A DNA stretch of 64,000 nucleotides. Origin: Actinomycetota bacterium. Lineage in GTDB: Bacteria > Actinomycetota > Acidimicrobiia > Acidimicrobiales > UBA10347. Every line of letters begins with the position of its first letter. Position 1 is the stretch's first letter. Positions 16,718 through 25,474 of this stretch are shown one piece after another. The notes under the pieces were generated by a model. That model did not search any database, was not told the DNA's origin, and saw nothing but the letters and a program-made list of their open reading frames with translations. Both the position numbers and the translations under genes were made by a program. The DNA is taken from the NCBI GenBank assembly GCA_039028435.1, contig JBCCIC010000019.1, forward strand, positions 6,053-70,052. Reading direction: 5' to 3'.

Positions 16718-17250
16718 CCTGGCTCCGGACCGACGACGGCTACTACGACCATCCGAAGATCCGGGCACTCGACCTCGACGCGTACGTGCTTCACCACGGC
16801 GGTCAGATCCTCTCAGCGCGCCTCGAGACCGATGGGGTCGTCACGGAGGACCAGCTGTACGCGCTCTCGAGGAAGGGTCTGACGAACCCGAAGCGAGTCG
16901 TCAAGAAGCTTGAGGCCGCCGGCCTTTGGATCGCCGTGGATGGCGGATGGCGGATCCACGACTTCCTGGAGTACAACCCGTCACGCGCCCAGAAGAAGCA
17001 CGAACGCGCCGAAGGAGCGCGACGGCAGCGTGAGTCACGCGAGCGACGCAAACAGGAGTCACAGCCCAAGTCACGGCGTGACACTGGGGGTGACGTCACA
17101 CCGTCAGTCACAGCGACCCGACCCGACCCGACCCGACCCGACCCCCCTGTCAGTGACGTTCCAAGTTCAGAAACGCTTGTAGCGGCAGGCCTGGTTCTGG
17201 ACGAGGAACTCGAATCCGACGCATGGGCCGTCGAAGCCGACCAGCCATGA
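16714..17250 (+). CDS. hypothetical phage protein (possible replication organiser)
   Basis: GTGA junction. Basic central region. Contains the (CGACC)x5 repeat. Confidence 0.45.
   Translation: MTWLRTDDGYYDHPKIRALDLDAYVLHHGGQILSARLETDGVVTEDQLYALSRKGLTNPKRVVKKLEAAGLWIAVDGGWRIHDFLEYNPSRAQKKHERAEGARRQRESRERRKQESQPKSRRDTGGDVTPSVTATRPDPTRPDPPVSDVPSSETLVAAGLVLDEELESDAWAVEADQP
17114..17138 (+). repeat. (CGACC)x5 microsatellite inside a CDS
   Basis: Encodes TRPDPTRPDP. Copy-number change would shift the frame. Confidence 0.8.
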
Positions 17251-17735
17251 ACCGGGATCGTCGAGCCCGCAGGGTCGGCCTGCTGGCGCAGCTGTTCTAC
17301 GACGCCCAAGGCGCAGCGCTCGGCCGGGCACCGGCCACCGCGTCGGACCGGGACAACGACCGGATCCGAGACCTCGTCGTCGCCGAGGAAGCCACCTTCG
17401 CCGAGGTCAAAGCGATCATCGAGTGGTTGTGGTTCACCGCATCCGGCGGATGGTGGCGCGACCGGATCGCCGACATCGCCGGGTTCGTCAACGCCTACCC
17501 GACGCTGTGCGATCGCCACGACATGACGTTCTCGCACCGCATGGACGACACCGGCCGCAGCGACATCAACCTCGAGCTGACGACGCGGACCCTGACCGCC
17601 GACGACATCGCCCGTATCCACACCGCCGCCGAGGCCCACATCGAGCCCGACCCGCCCACCGCGGACGTCGTCGAGATCGGCGACTTCCAAGCGATCCGCG
17701 ACCGCATCCCGCCCCGCAAAGACATCGACGGATGA
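17247..17735 (+). CDS. hypothetical phage protein
   Basis: ATGA junction. 162 aa. Confidence 0.45.
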   Translation: MNRDRRARRVGLLAQLFYDAQGAALGRAPATASDRDNDRIRDLVVAEEATFAEVKAIIEWLWFTASGGWWRDRIADIAGFVNAYPTLCDRHDMTFSHRMDDTGRSDINLELTTRTLTADDIARIHTAAEAHIEPDPPTADVVEIGDFQAIRDRIPPRKDIDG

Positions 17736-17809
17736 GCCCCTCACCGCGTCCCAACGCCGCCCGACACGCTGCGGGACCGTGGGCGTTCCCCACCCCCGAA
17801 AGGAACACC

Positions 17810-18442
17810 ATGACACCTCGACCCCGCCTCCGAACCTCCCTCGCCGTTCTCCTCAACGCAGCGATCATCGCCGCATCGCTCTTCTTCCTCCCCGACGCCT
17901 CGGCCACGCCGACCGACATGCCGTACTGGGACCAGGAACCAGCGCCACTGTGCGGCTCCACGTTGCACACGATCACCGGCACCGAGTGCCAGGACCGTGA
18001 CCGCGCCGCCGTCATCACCATCGGCGACTGGGACTGCCCCGCCGGCCTGTCGCAATGGCGCCTCGACGGCAACCTCCACACCTTCGGCTACGCCGACGTC
18101 CAGACCGCGCAACTGCAGGGCCTCGACCCTGTGATCGAGATGAACTACGGCGCCTGGACCAACTGGTGCCTCCCGACCGACTCGCACGGCATCGACCTCG
18201 GCGACTGCGAATCGACCACCACCGAGATCGACGGCCAGACCGCGACGATCACGATCTGCGAGACCACCACCGATGACGATGCGGGCGCAGTCGACACCGA
18301 ACCCGCGATCCGTCTCGACTGCCCCGACGGTCACGTCGCCGCATCGCGGCTCGATCCCGACACCGGCGAAACGATCTACGAGTGCGACGAGCAGATCGCC
18401 GACGCGCCGACCGACGCCGCCACGCCAGCCTTCACCGGCTAG
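17810..18442 (+). CDS. secreted Cys-rich protein
   Basis: Signal peptide MTPRPRLRTSLAVLLNAAIIAASLFFLPDASA. 10 Cys in the mature part. GAAAGGAAC ribosome-binding site. Confidence 0.6.
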   Translation: MTPRPRLRTSLAVLLNAAIIAASLFFLPDASATPTDMPYWDQEPAPLCGSTLHTITGTECQDRDRAAVITIGDWDCPAGLSQWRLDGNLHTFGYADVQTAQLQGLDPVIEMNYGAWTNWCLPTDSHGIDLGDCESTTTEIDGQTATITICETTTDDDAGAVDTEPAIRLDCPDGHVAASRLDPDTGETIYECDEQIADAPTDAATPAFTG

Positions 18443-18449
18443 CGCCATT

Positions 18450-18462
18450 CGAAACAACCAGC
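18450..18462 (+). repeat. CGAAACAACCAGC intergenic motif, copy 4
   Basis: Exact 13-mer, followed by CGCTCTCTACC. Confidence 0.7.
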
Positions 18463-18519
18463 CCGCCCCGCTCTCTACCCCGACAACCCCGAACAGTCAC
18501 GCGAAGGACTCCACCACGC

Positions 18520-18822
18520 ATGTCCCAGCTCATCCACGCGCCCCCGTCCGTCACCATCGGCCGCTGCCGCACCTGCCGAGAACCGATCGTGTGGGGCGTC
18601 ACCAGCACCGGTGCCCACATCCCGATCGACGCCGACCGCACCTATCAGCCGACCCTCGTGCCCGTCGGCCAGGTCGTGCCCGTCGATCCCGACACGATCG
18701 GAACGGACCCGCCGGCGACACCCATACCGGTAGCGGTAGGCGCGCCGCCGAACCAGACCGAGACCCTGTTCGGCGGACCCGATCAGCGGCCCCGCTGGAA
18801 CCGTCACCGGTGCCGCCAGTGA
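18520..18822 (+). CDS. hypothetical protein with CxxC pair
   Basis: ATG at 18520. GRCRTCREPIVWG. Confidence 0.45.
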   Translation: MSQLIHAPPSVTIGRCRTCREPIVWGVTSTGAHIPIDADRTYQPTLVPVGQVVPVDPDTIGTDPPATPIPVAVGAPPNQTETLFGGPDQRPRWNRHRCRQ

Positions 18823-19301
18823 CCGCCGCCATCCCGCTCTCGGAAATCAAGACCGGCCCCAAGACCGGCCCGCAAGCTGACGCCATCGCTGCGCTCGCGT
18901 TCACCGCGAGCCTCGGAAGCAACGACGACTGGGCAGAGATCGCGGACGCTCTCGCAGGCCTCGACGGCAACGAGGCCGCGACCGTCGTCGCGCGCCGAGC
19001 ACGCGACCTCGCGAACCAAATCACCCCGTCGACCTACCTCGAGGTCGCCGCACGCATGTCGTCATTGACGATCGGAGACATCACCGGCCGCCGCCAGGAC
19101 CGCACCGCCGCCGAAGCCCGCCACGTCGCCGCCTGGCTCCTCCGAGAACGCACCACCCTCTCCTACCCGCAGATCGGCGCGATCCTGGGCCGCGACCACA
19201 CAACCGTCCACTCGTCGGTTGAGCGTGTCCGTGCCGAGATCGGAACCGACACGCCACTGGCGCGGCTCGCCCGCTACGCCGAGATGGAGCTCCGCGGATG
19301 A
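18819..19301 (+). CDS. DnaA C-terminal-domain-like HTH protein
   Basis: RRQDRTAAEARHVAAWLLRERTTLSYPQIGAILGRDHTTVHSSVERV matches the DnaA domain IV pattern. GTGA junction. Confidence 0.65.
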   Translation: MTAAIPLSEIKTGPKTGPQADAIAALAFTASLGSNDDWAEIADALAGLDGNEAATVVARRARDLANQITPSTYLEVAARMSSLTIGDITGRRQDRTAAEARHVAAWLLRERTTLSYPQIGAILGRDHTTVHSSVERVRAEIGTDTPLARLARYAEMELRG

Positions 19302-19642
19302 CCGCCCTGCTCCGAGACGCCGCTCGATGGGCGATCGCTTGCTACCAGATCATCCGCCACAACGACCGCGCAGCCAGGCACACCCGACCCGCGGCACAGA
19401 TCATGCCGCCCTCGTTCGCCGAGCACTCTGGCCGGCCAACGATCACCGACCTCGCGACCCCACGCCTCAACCAGGCGCGGCGCTGGTGGTGGCGGCAACG
19501 CCACGACGCCACGATCGCCGCGCTCACACTCACTGGCATCGCCGCAGTGGTATGGCCGGTCACCGGGAACCCGACAGCGTTCGTATGCGCCGTTGCCATC
19601 CTGGGCTGCTTCGTCGGCCTCAACCACCTGAGCCGGCCATGA
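19298..19642 (+). CDS. membrane protein
   Basis: C-terminal TM segments IAALTLTGIAAVVWPV and AFVCAVAILGCFVGL. Confidence 0.45.
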   Translation: MTALLRDAARWAIACYQIIRHNDRAARHTRPAAQIMPPSFAEHSGRPTITDLATPRLNQARRWWWRQRHDATIAALTLTGIAAVVWPVTGNPTAFVCAVAILGCFVGLNHLSRP

Positions 19643-20034
19643 GCCACCAGCTCGCACCCACAACGACCGGCCAATGCGCGACGTGCGGCGGCATCGGCAC
19701 CCACCAGCGCGGCTGCGATCACGGCAAGCTCCGCGGACACGGCGTCGGACAACGCCGCCCATCCCGCACAATCAGCGACCGGCAACGATGGGCACGCGCC
19801 AAAGCCGAGACCGTCCGGCGCCAGGCCGGCAAGTGCGCTTGGTGCGACCAGCCGTGGGTCGCGCCGCACCCGCACCACGTCGAAACCGTGCAACAGGTCT
19901 TCGCTCGAGGCGGCACGTGGGCCCACGCCGATACCTCGAGCAACTGCCGGATCGTGTGCGCCGAGTGCCACGACGAGATCCACGCCGGCATCAACCGGGA
20001 CACCGCGATCGCTCGCGGCTTCCTCCTCCCCTGA
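19639..20034 (+). CDS. HNH endonuclease
   Basis: CATCGG ... CAWC ... HHVETV ... CAECHDEIH. Confidence 0.75.
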   Translation: MSHQLAPTTTGQCATCGGIGTHQRGCDHGKLRGHGVGQRRPSRTISDRQRWARAKAETVRRQAGKCAWCDQPWVAPHPHHVETVQQVFARGGTWAHADTSSNCRIVCAECHDEIHAGINRDTAIARGFLLP

Positions 20035-20035
20035 T

Positions 20036-20048
20036 CGAAACAACCAAC
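20036..20048 (+). repeat. CGAAACAACCAAC intergenic motif, copy 5
   Basis: 12/13 match. Followed by GAAGGAACCAACC and the ATG at 20065. Confidence 0.7.
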
Positions 20049-20064
20049 CCCGAAGGAACCAACC

Positions 20065-20571
20065 ATGCACCGACGACGACATCAGTGGAAACCGCTCGAC
20101 CCGACCGCCCGGTGGGCTTGGATGCGCAAGTTCACCATCGGCGCTGCCGGCGACCCCTACATCGAACGATTCGTTCTCATCCGCACCCCGATCTGCTCGG
20201 TCATGGTGCACCGCCTGCACCGGCCCGACGCCGACCGAGACCTGCACAACCACCCGTGGAGCTTCGCCTCGGTCGTCATCTCAGGCGGCTACTGGGAGTC
20301 GTACGCCTCCGCCGGCAACCTCGCCGAACGCAACCGCGACCCAAGACGGCCACAGGGCGACCTCGCAGCGCACCCATCGCGGTTCGTGCGGCTCACGAAC
20401 CGCAAACGCGCCTGGGTCGACTACCACCGAATCACCCAAGTCCTGCCTGGAACCAGGACCCTCGTCCTTGCCGGGCCACGCCAGAACTCCTGGGGGTTCT
20501 GGCGCGAGACCGGCTACACGGAGGAACACATCGGCTGGCGCGAGTACCTCGACTCGAAGGCGGCCGCATGA
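20065..20571 (+). CDS. hypothetical phage protein (HNHPW motif)
   Basis: 167 aa. DRDLHNHPW ... HRI suggests a metal site. No family assigned. Confidence 0.5.
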   Translation: MHRRRHQWKPLDPTARWAWMRKFTIGAAGDPYIERFVLIRTPICSVMVHRLHRPDADRDLHNHPWSFASVVISGGYWESYASAGNLAERNRDPRRPQGDLAAHPSRFVRLTNRKRAWVDYHRITQVLPGTRTLVLAGPRQNSWGFWRETGYTEEHIGWREYLDSKAAA

Positions 20572-20885
20572 CCGTCACGATCGAAGAGAACGTCGACGAG
20601 GAGGGCGTCCTCACCGTCCAGTTCATCGCCGGCTCCGACGCCCAGCCGCACGCCGCTACCTACGCCGCGAACGCGTGGATCAAGGAACGAGGATGGTCTG
20701 CAGGGCCGTCGTGCAGATCCCGCTTCCGAGGCATCATCGCCAAGCCCGGCATCCGCATCGCAAAGTGGCGGAACCTCACCCTCGCCGAGCAACAGGCCTG
20801 CGACGGCGTGCTCGCAGGATCCGGCCGTGACGGGCCGCTCGCCCTCCGCATCCCCGCCAACCTCCGCGCCGAGGTCTCCCCATGA
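20568..20885 (+). CDS. hypothetical phage protein
   Basis: ATGA junction. 105 aa. Confidence 0.5.
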   Translation: MTVTIEENVDEEGVLTVQFIAGSDAQPHAATYAANAWIKERGWSAGPSCRSRFRGIIAKPGIRIAKWRNLTLAEQQACDGVLAGSGRDGPLALRIPANLRAEVSP

Positions 20886-20915
20886 GAGACCGATCACCGA
20901 CCGGTCCGGGCCCGC

Positions 20916-21125
20916 GTGTACGACGCGATCCGCACAGGCAACTTCTCGACCTACCGGGCTCTCGCTGACGCGGTCGATTGCTCCGTGTCGACCGCTCATC
21001 TCGCTGTCCAACAGCTCACCGAATCAGGCGATATCCGGTTGATCCCGGCCCGTTGGGTGACGGCGGATACCGACGAAACGTTGACTGGATTGCCACGATC
21101 TGCGTCGCGAAACGAGCTATTGTGA
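20916..21125 (+). CDS. small winged-helix-like DNA-binding protein
   Basis: YRALADAVDCSVSTAHLAVQQLTESGDIRLI. GTG start. Confidence 0.45.
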   Translation: MYDAIRTGNFSTYRALADAVDCSVSTAHLAVQQLTESGDIRLIPARWVTADTDETLTGLPRSASRNELL

Positions 21126-21171
21126 TTGGGCTGCGGTCAACAGCCGAACCGGCACCCCTTGGGAGGGTGCT

Positions 21172-21828
21172 GTGCGATCTCAAGGCTGGCGCAGCCAAGC
21201 CGCGTGCCTCGGGCATCCACCGGATTGGTGGATTCGTTCCGTCGATGTCGCCCCACCCGCGGCCGGCGCCGGGTTCGACGAGCTGATCGATTTCGTTGTC
21301 GAGCACGACGTGCCGGTCGAACCGACCGACGATCTCGACCTGCTGCGTGAAGCGATCGACGAGTGGATCGGCGGCGTTGACCAGAACCCGCACCCGTACG
21401 CCCGCACCTTGTGCACCGTGGTGTGCCCGGTCCGAGTCGAATGCGTTACTGCGTCGCTCGATTACCCGAGCGATGTCGGCATGTTCGGCGGGTTCGGCCA
21501 GAACACCCGCCGGCTGCTTCGCCGCCGCGTCGGACTCGTCCCAGACGCGCAGCGGTTGAGCGTCGTCGCCGGGTTCCTCGAGCACGAGGGACCGGTCGAC
21601 TCGAACGGCCCGGGCGCCACGTGCGGCCGCACCTCAACGTATGGCCGCGGGTGCCGCTGCCTGCCGTGCCGTCACGCCTCCGCGTTCGCTTGGCGGTCGT
21701 CGCTGCCTGAGAAGCCGGCACGCCCCGTCGTCGTGCAGGCGCGGCATCGGATCCGCTGCGAACACGTCGATGTCGGCGCTTGCACCGCGTGCCGCCACCG
21801 CACCGCCGCGACTCGAGTCGCGGCGTAA
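21172..21828 (+). CDS. WhiB-like Fe-S transcription factor with long insertion and C-terminal GCRC motif
   Basis: W-x3-AAC, then LCTVVCPVRVEC and GMFGGF as in WhiB. Extra ATCGRTSTYGRGCRCLPCR. GGGAGGG ribosome-binding site and GTG start. Confidence 0.55.
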   Translation: MRSQGWRSQAACLGHPPDWWIRSVDVAPPAAGAGFDELIDFVVEHDVPVEPTDDLDLLREAIDEWIGGVDQNPHPYARTLCTVVCPVRVECVTASLDYPSDVGMFGGFGQNTRRLLRRRVGLVPDAQRLSVVAGFLEHEGPVDSNGPGATCGRTSTYGRGCRCLPCRHASAFAWRSSLPEKPARPVVVQARHRIRCEHVDVGACTACRHRTAATRVAA

Positions 21829-21838
21829 CCCCCGAGAT

Positions 21839-21851
21839 CGAAACAACCACC
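21839..21851 (+). repeat. CGAAACAACCACC intergenic motif, copy 6
   Basis: 12/13 match. Preceded by the CCGCGACTCGAGTCGCGG palindrome and followed by GAAGGAACCAACC. Confidence 0.7.
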
Positions 21852-21933
21852 TGAAGGAACCAACCCCGATGCCCATCGATCACATCCCGCCCGATGCCTC
21901 TGTCGTAGGCGCCACCGGACGTAGGCCGCGCTG

Positions 21934-22749
21934 ATGACGAGCACGCATGAGCTCACATCGGCACTGGTCCGGTATCACGGTTCGAAGTCGAGACCACCGA
22001 TCGTGTGGGAGGAGATCGAGGCCGACTCGTCGCTTGGTCGATGCCGGTTCGATGTCCTCACGGCCGACGTGCTCGCCGGGCACCGGTTGCGTCTCCGGGC
22101 GTGGGAGGTGAAGGTCACGGCGCAGGATTTCTGGCGCGACGTCGAAGCCGAGAAGTCACGCAAGTACCTCGACGCCGGCGCATCGTGCGTCACCTACGTC
22201 GTCCCGCGAGGGCTTGTGTCGAAGTCCGACTGCCCCGAGTGGGCGGGGCTCATGACGTGGAACCCGGACACCGGAAGCTTCCGTACCACCCAGCGCGCGC
22301 CGGTCGAGATCCGGCCAATCAAGCCCGAGTTCATGGTTCGACTCATCCTGCGCTCGGAGGAGAAGAAGATCCGGCCGACCGAGACCCGATCCGAGCGTAT
22401 GGATCGATACCGCGCCGACATGCGGATGTCGTACTGGCTGAACATCGCAGCGTCACGGATGATCGAGAACGCCCGGTCGGCTGAAGACCGGGTGCAGTGG
22501 AAGATCGAGAACGCAGAGCGGGCGCAACGCCAGGCCGACGCGATGCTCGAACGTGCCCGCCAAGCCGGACCCGTCGCCTCTGCACTCTCGGACGTGCTGC
22601 GCCACGCATCGACCCTGTTGAGCCCCAGGCAAGGCTCCCTTTCGTCTGAGCCGACGAGGGGTCTCGACGAGTTCCTGGAGACCGCCGCGCTGATCGTCCC
22701 CGAGTCGTCACATCGCGAGCCGTGGCGGCCGACACCGGTGGCGTCGTGA
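21934..22749 (+). CDS. PD-(D/E)XK nuclease-like protein (MmcB-like)
   Basis: CRFDVLTAD ... AWEVKVT matches a D ... E-x-K nuclease core. C-terminal coiled coil. Confidence 0.45.
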   Translation: MTSTHELTSALVRYHGSKSRPPIVWEEIEADSSLGRCRFDVLTADVLAGHRLRLRAWEVKVTAQDFWRDVEAEKSRKYLDAGASCVTYVVPRGLVSKSDCPEWAGLMTWNPDTGSFRTTQRAPVEIRPIKPEFMVRLILRSEEKKIRPTETRSERMDRYRADMRMSYWLNIAASRMIENARSAEDRVQWKIENAERAQRQADAMLERARQAGPVASALSDVLRHASTLLSPRQGSLSSEPTRGLDEFLETAALIVPESSHREPWRPTPVAS

Positions 22750-22925
22750 ACGCGCCTGCTTGTCCGGCTGGGACGCCAGCGCACGTGTACGCGATGCGTC
22801 GCGCTCTCTCGGCGCTGCAGTCGATCACGGGCTCTCCGTCGATGCTTCATCGCCTCGTTCACCCGGTGTTCGATATCGAGGCTGAGTTGGTCGCGGCCGA
22901 GCTCGAGTGGGCGGGGTCGCGGTGA
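22746..22925 (+). CDS. hypothetical phage protein
   Basis: GTGA junction. 59 aa. Confidence 0.4.
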   Translation: MNAPACPAGTPAHVYAMRRALSALQSITGSPSMLHRLVHPVFDIEAELVAAELEWAGSR

Positions 22926-23371
22926 CGGCGCATGTCGATTACCGGCTCCCTGAGTCGACGGTCACGATCGGCGACCCGACCGATCCGGCGGTGTGGGCGT
23001 CCCACGCGTATGCGTTGCCGACGATCGCGGCTGGCGTGTTTTGGTGGCTCGGCGAGCTCATCTCGAACGCACCGGATCACGAGTCGTTCGTGGAGCTGCT
23101 CAACTCGGTGCCGGGTTTGGAGCCGGGCACGACCGCTCTGATGGAGTACGTAGACAAGCGGGTCCCGGTGGAGCGTCGACGCCCGGAGCTGTCGTGGCAG
23201 CATCACCGCGCCGTCGCTGGTCTCCCACCAGAGATCGCTGATGACATCCTCGACCAGGCGGCTGCGGGGAACCTGTCTGTCCAGGACGTCACGCAGGCGG
23301 TGACGGAGGCGACGTCGCAGCCTCGTGGCCCGGTGTCGGGCCCGTTGTTCGATCTCGAGGATCTGTCGTGA
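22922..23371 (+). CDS. hypothetical phage protein (ParB/HTH-like C-terminal segment)
   Basis: GTGA junction. LSWQHHRAVAGLPPEIADDILDQAAAGNLSVQDV. Confidence 0.45.
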   Translation: MTAHVDYRLPESTVTIGDPTDPAVWASHAYALPTIAAGVFWWLGELISNAPDHESFVELLNSVPGLEPGTTALMEYVDKRVPVERRRPELSWQHHRAVAGLPPEIADDILDQAAAGNLSVQDVTQAVTEATSQPRGPVSGPLFDLEDLS

Positions 23372-23763
23372 CCAGGCTTCGCAAGGTCGGCATCCCGGAT
23401 CTGTTGCCTGATCGTCCGATGTCGGACGGCGACTACGAGGAAGCGATCGCCACCGCGAAGACGGTCCTGGAGTTGGCGTCACGCGGGTCACGCCAACATC
23501 TCGGCATCGTGTACCGAGCGGTCCGGGTCGTGGCTCTCAACCGGCTCGGCGCACGCTGCGTACAGGCCGCCGATCTCGCGACCGAGCTCGGTCCGCATCC
23601 GTCGGTGTGGTCGCTGATGCGACGCGTCGAGGAAGCCTCTCGTGAGGTCACGGTGTTCGTGCTCACCGCGCGGCGTGGAGCTGATCGGGCGGTGTTCTGG
23701 CAGTGCGCTCAGCTCGATCTGACCGAGCGGATCCTCGCTGAGCAGACCGGCACACCTTCATGA
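23368..23763 (+). CDS. hypothetical phage protein
   Basis: GTGA junction. 131 aa. Confidence 0.45.
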   Translation: MTRLRKVGIPDLLPDRPMSDGDYEEAIATAKTVLELASRGSRQHLGIVYRAVRVVALNRLGARCVQAADLATELGPHPSVWSLMRRVEEASREVTVFVLTARRGADRAVFWQCAQLDLTERILAEQTGTPS

Positions 23764-23972
23764 CCAGCGGCTCGATGATCGACTACTCGGCTGTTGACGC
23801 CCTCAACGCGAAGAAACGACAAAGGATCCGGCGAGCTCACCAAGGCATCGGCAACGTCCTCAAGTCACCAAGCTGCCGGGCGATCTTGGCCGACGAGCAG
23901 CTGGCTGACTGGGCACAGATTCTGTACGACGAGCTCGGCAGAGCCCGCCAGCACCTCGGCGACTTCGCGTGA
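23760..23972 (+). CDS. hypothetical phage protein
   Basis: ATGA junction. 70 aa. Confidence 0.45.
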   Translation: MTSGSMIDYSAVDALNAKKRQRIRRAHQGIGNVLKSPSCRAILADEQLADWAQILYDELGRARQHLGDFA

Positions 23973-24568
23973 TCACGATGACGGTCGATCGCGCGCAAAC
24001 GGACACGAAGAAATGCGGCTACCCCACCAACCGCAAAACCCCCTGCCAAAACGACATCGGCATCGACGAAGAAGCCTGCAGCCGCCACAACGCCGCGGCC
24101 GAGAAAGACCGCCACGAGAAGATGGCCCGGTTCCTCGCCGAGTTCGACGGCACGTGGGGCGACGCCGAAGCCGCAGCGCAACGAGCCGGTGTCTCACGGT
24201 CGATTGTGTATCTGTGGCGTGACCGGTACCCGGAGTTCCGGGCCGACTGGGACCTGCTCCGTGTCGAGAACGCCCGCGCGTACAAGGAGGTGTTGGCGGA
24301 GCGGTTCTTCGTCGGCACTCGGGAGCCGGTGATTCATCAGGGCCGGATCACGGGCTGGTACCGGAAGGTCGATAACCGGATCGGCATGTTCATGTTGAAG
24401 GCGTTGGATCCGGCGTATTCGGATCGGGCGTCGGTGTCGGTGTCGTTGGAACGCGACGGTGACGCGGAGGCGGGGTTCGCTGGCGTGTTCGCTGCGGGCG
24501 GGTTCGCGGCGTTACAGGAGGCGATCGATGGGGTGCTCGAGGGCGAGATCGTCGAGGACGACCCGTGA
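23969..24568 (+). CDS. terminase small subunit
   Basis: HTH AAQRAGVSRSIVYLWRDRYPEFRADWD followed by an oligomerisation-like region. Located at the head of the late operon. Confidence 0.65.
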   Translation: MITMTVDRAQTDTKKCGYPTNRKTPCQNDIGIDEEACSRHNAAAEKDRHEKMARFLAEFDGTWGDAEAAAQRAGVSRSIVYLWRDRYPEFRADWDLLRVENARAYKEVLAERFFVGTREPVIHQGRITGWYRKVDNRIGMFMLKALDPAYSDRASVSVSLERDGDAEAGFAGVFAAGGFAALQEAIDGVLEGEIVEDDP

Positions 24569-24711
24569 TGCTCTAACAGGTGCTCGTCAGTAGCCGACCG
24601 ACTTGCCGTGCCCGAAGCCGGGCCTGATCGTCACCGGGCTGGGCGGAGAGTCCCGCAGGCGCTACGGGAGCCGACAAGAAACTCGAAAAGGAATCCACTA
24701 GTCTCAACGCT

Positions 24712-25017
24712 GTGGCCCGGGAGTTGAAACCGTGCGGCACCCTTGCCGCCTACCAAAGGCACTGGCGACGAGGCGAGCGTCCCTGCGAAGCCTGCAAAGA
24801 AGCGATGCGAGTCGCAGCCCGCAACCGACTCCGTCGCCGCGGCATACGGCCACGAGGACCGTTGAAACCTTGCGGAACGGTCGCTGCCTACCAACGACAC
24901 TGGATCAACGGCGAAGAACCCTGCGAGCTGTGCAAGGAAGCGATGCGTATCAGCGCCAGAGAACGCGGCCGCAAGAAACGCATGGCCAACCAAACAGCAC
25001 AGCAGACAGCCCGATGA
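24712..25017 (+). CDS. protein with two tandem C-x9-H-x7-C-x2-C zinc-like repeats
   Basis: KPCGTLAAYQRHWRRGERPCEACKEAM and KPCGTVAAYQRHWINGEEPCELCKEAM. GTG start. Confidence 0.55.
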   Translation: MARELKPCGTLAAYQRHWRRGERPCEACKEAMRVAARNRLRRRGIRPRGPLKPCGTVAAYQRHWINGEEPCELCKEAMRISARERGRKKRMANQTAQQTAR

Positions 25018-25170
25018 CCACGGTCAAGTGCACCACAGACGGCTCGGCGACGACTCGTCGGTTACAGATCCCGATTTTGGACTATCAAACACAATTGATG
25101 AGCGCATTTGCCCAACTACTGGCTTTCGATCTATTGTGCGGGCATTCGGTCCACACCTCGGGAGAATGTT

Positions 25171-25464
25171 ATGTTTGCAATGGTTCGCAACTCGATCGGC
25201 CGCTCGATAGCCATCGCCGCGGTCCTCGCAGGGCTACTGCTGGGACTGTCAGCCCTGTCGCCGATCGGACCGGAAGCCGACGCGGCGCCGGGGAACTGCT
25301 ACGGGCCACCACATGAGCACGGCGTACATCCGTCCATTGATACGCACGTGGGCACAGGTCAGATCACGAACTGGTGGGGCAACAACTACGAGCTGTGGAA
25401 CCAGTACAACAACCAGTACCCATACGGCGCAGGGCTCGGTTGGGCGTACTGCGGCTACTACTAG
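25171..25464 (+). CDS. small secreted Trp/Tyr/Asn-rich protein
   Basis: Signal peptide ending PEADA-AP. About 65-aa mature part with 2 Cys, ending WAYCGYY. GGGAGA ribosome-binding site. Visibly AT-richer upstream DNA. Confidence 0.6.
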   Translation: MFAMVRNSIGRSIAIAAVLAGLLLGLSALSPIGPEADAAPGNCYGPPHEHGVHPSIDTHVGTGQITNWWGNNYELWNQYNNQYPYGAGLGWAYCGYY

Positions 25465-25474
25465 GAGCTCGCCA

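Noticed and set aside
16803-20253. Minus-strand ORFs of 337 aa, 238 aa and 303 aa within the early region
   Set aside because: They are antisense to a continuous chain of overlapping plus-strand genes. Their translations are Arg/Gly-rich without motifs.
21869-21934. 21-aa ORF after motif copy 6 (MPIDHIPPDASVVGATGRRPR)
   Set aside because: It has a good ribosome-binding site and ATGA coupling to the next gene, but it is too short to support as a gene. It may be a leader peptide or upstream ORF, and is mentioned only here.
24631-24993. 120-aa minus-strand ORF
   Set aside because: It is antisense to the tandem Cys-repeat gene, whose duplicated 27-aa unit is strong evidence for the plus-strand frame.
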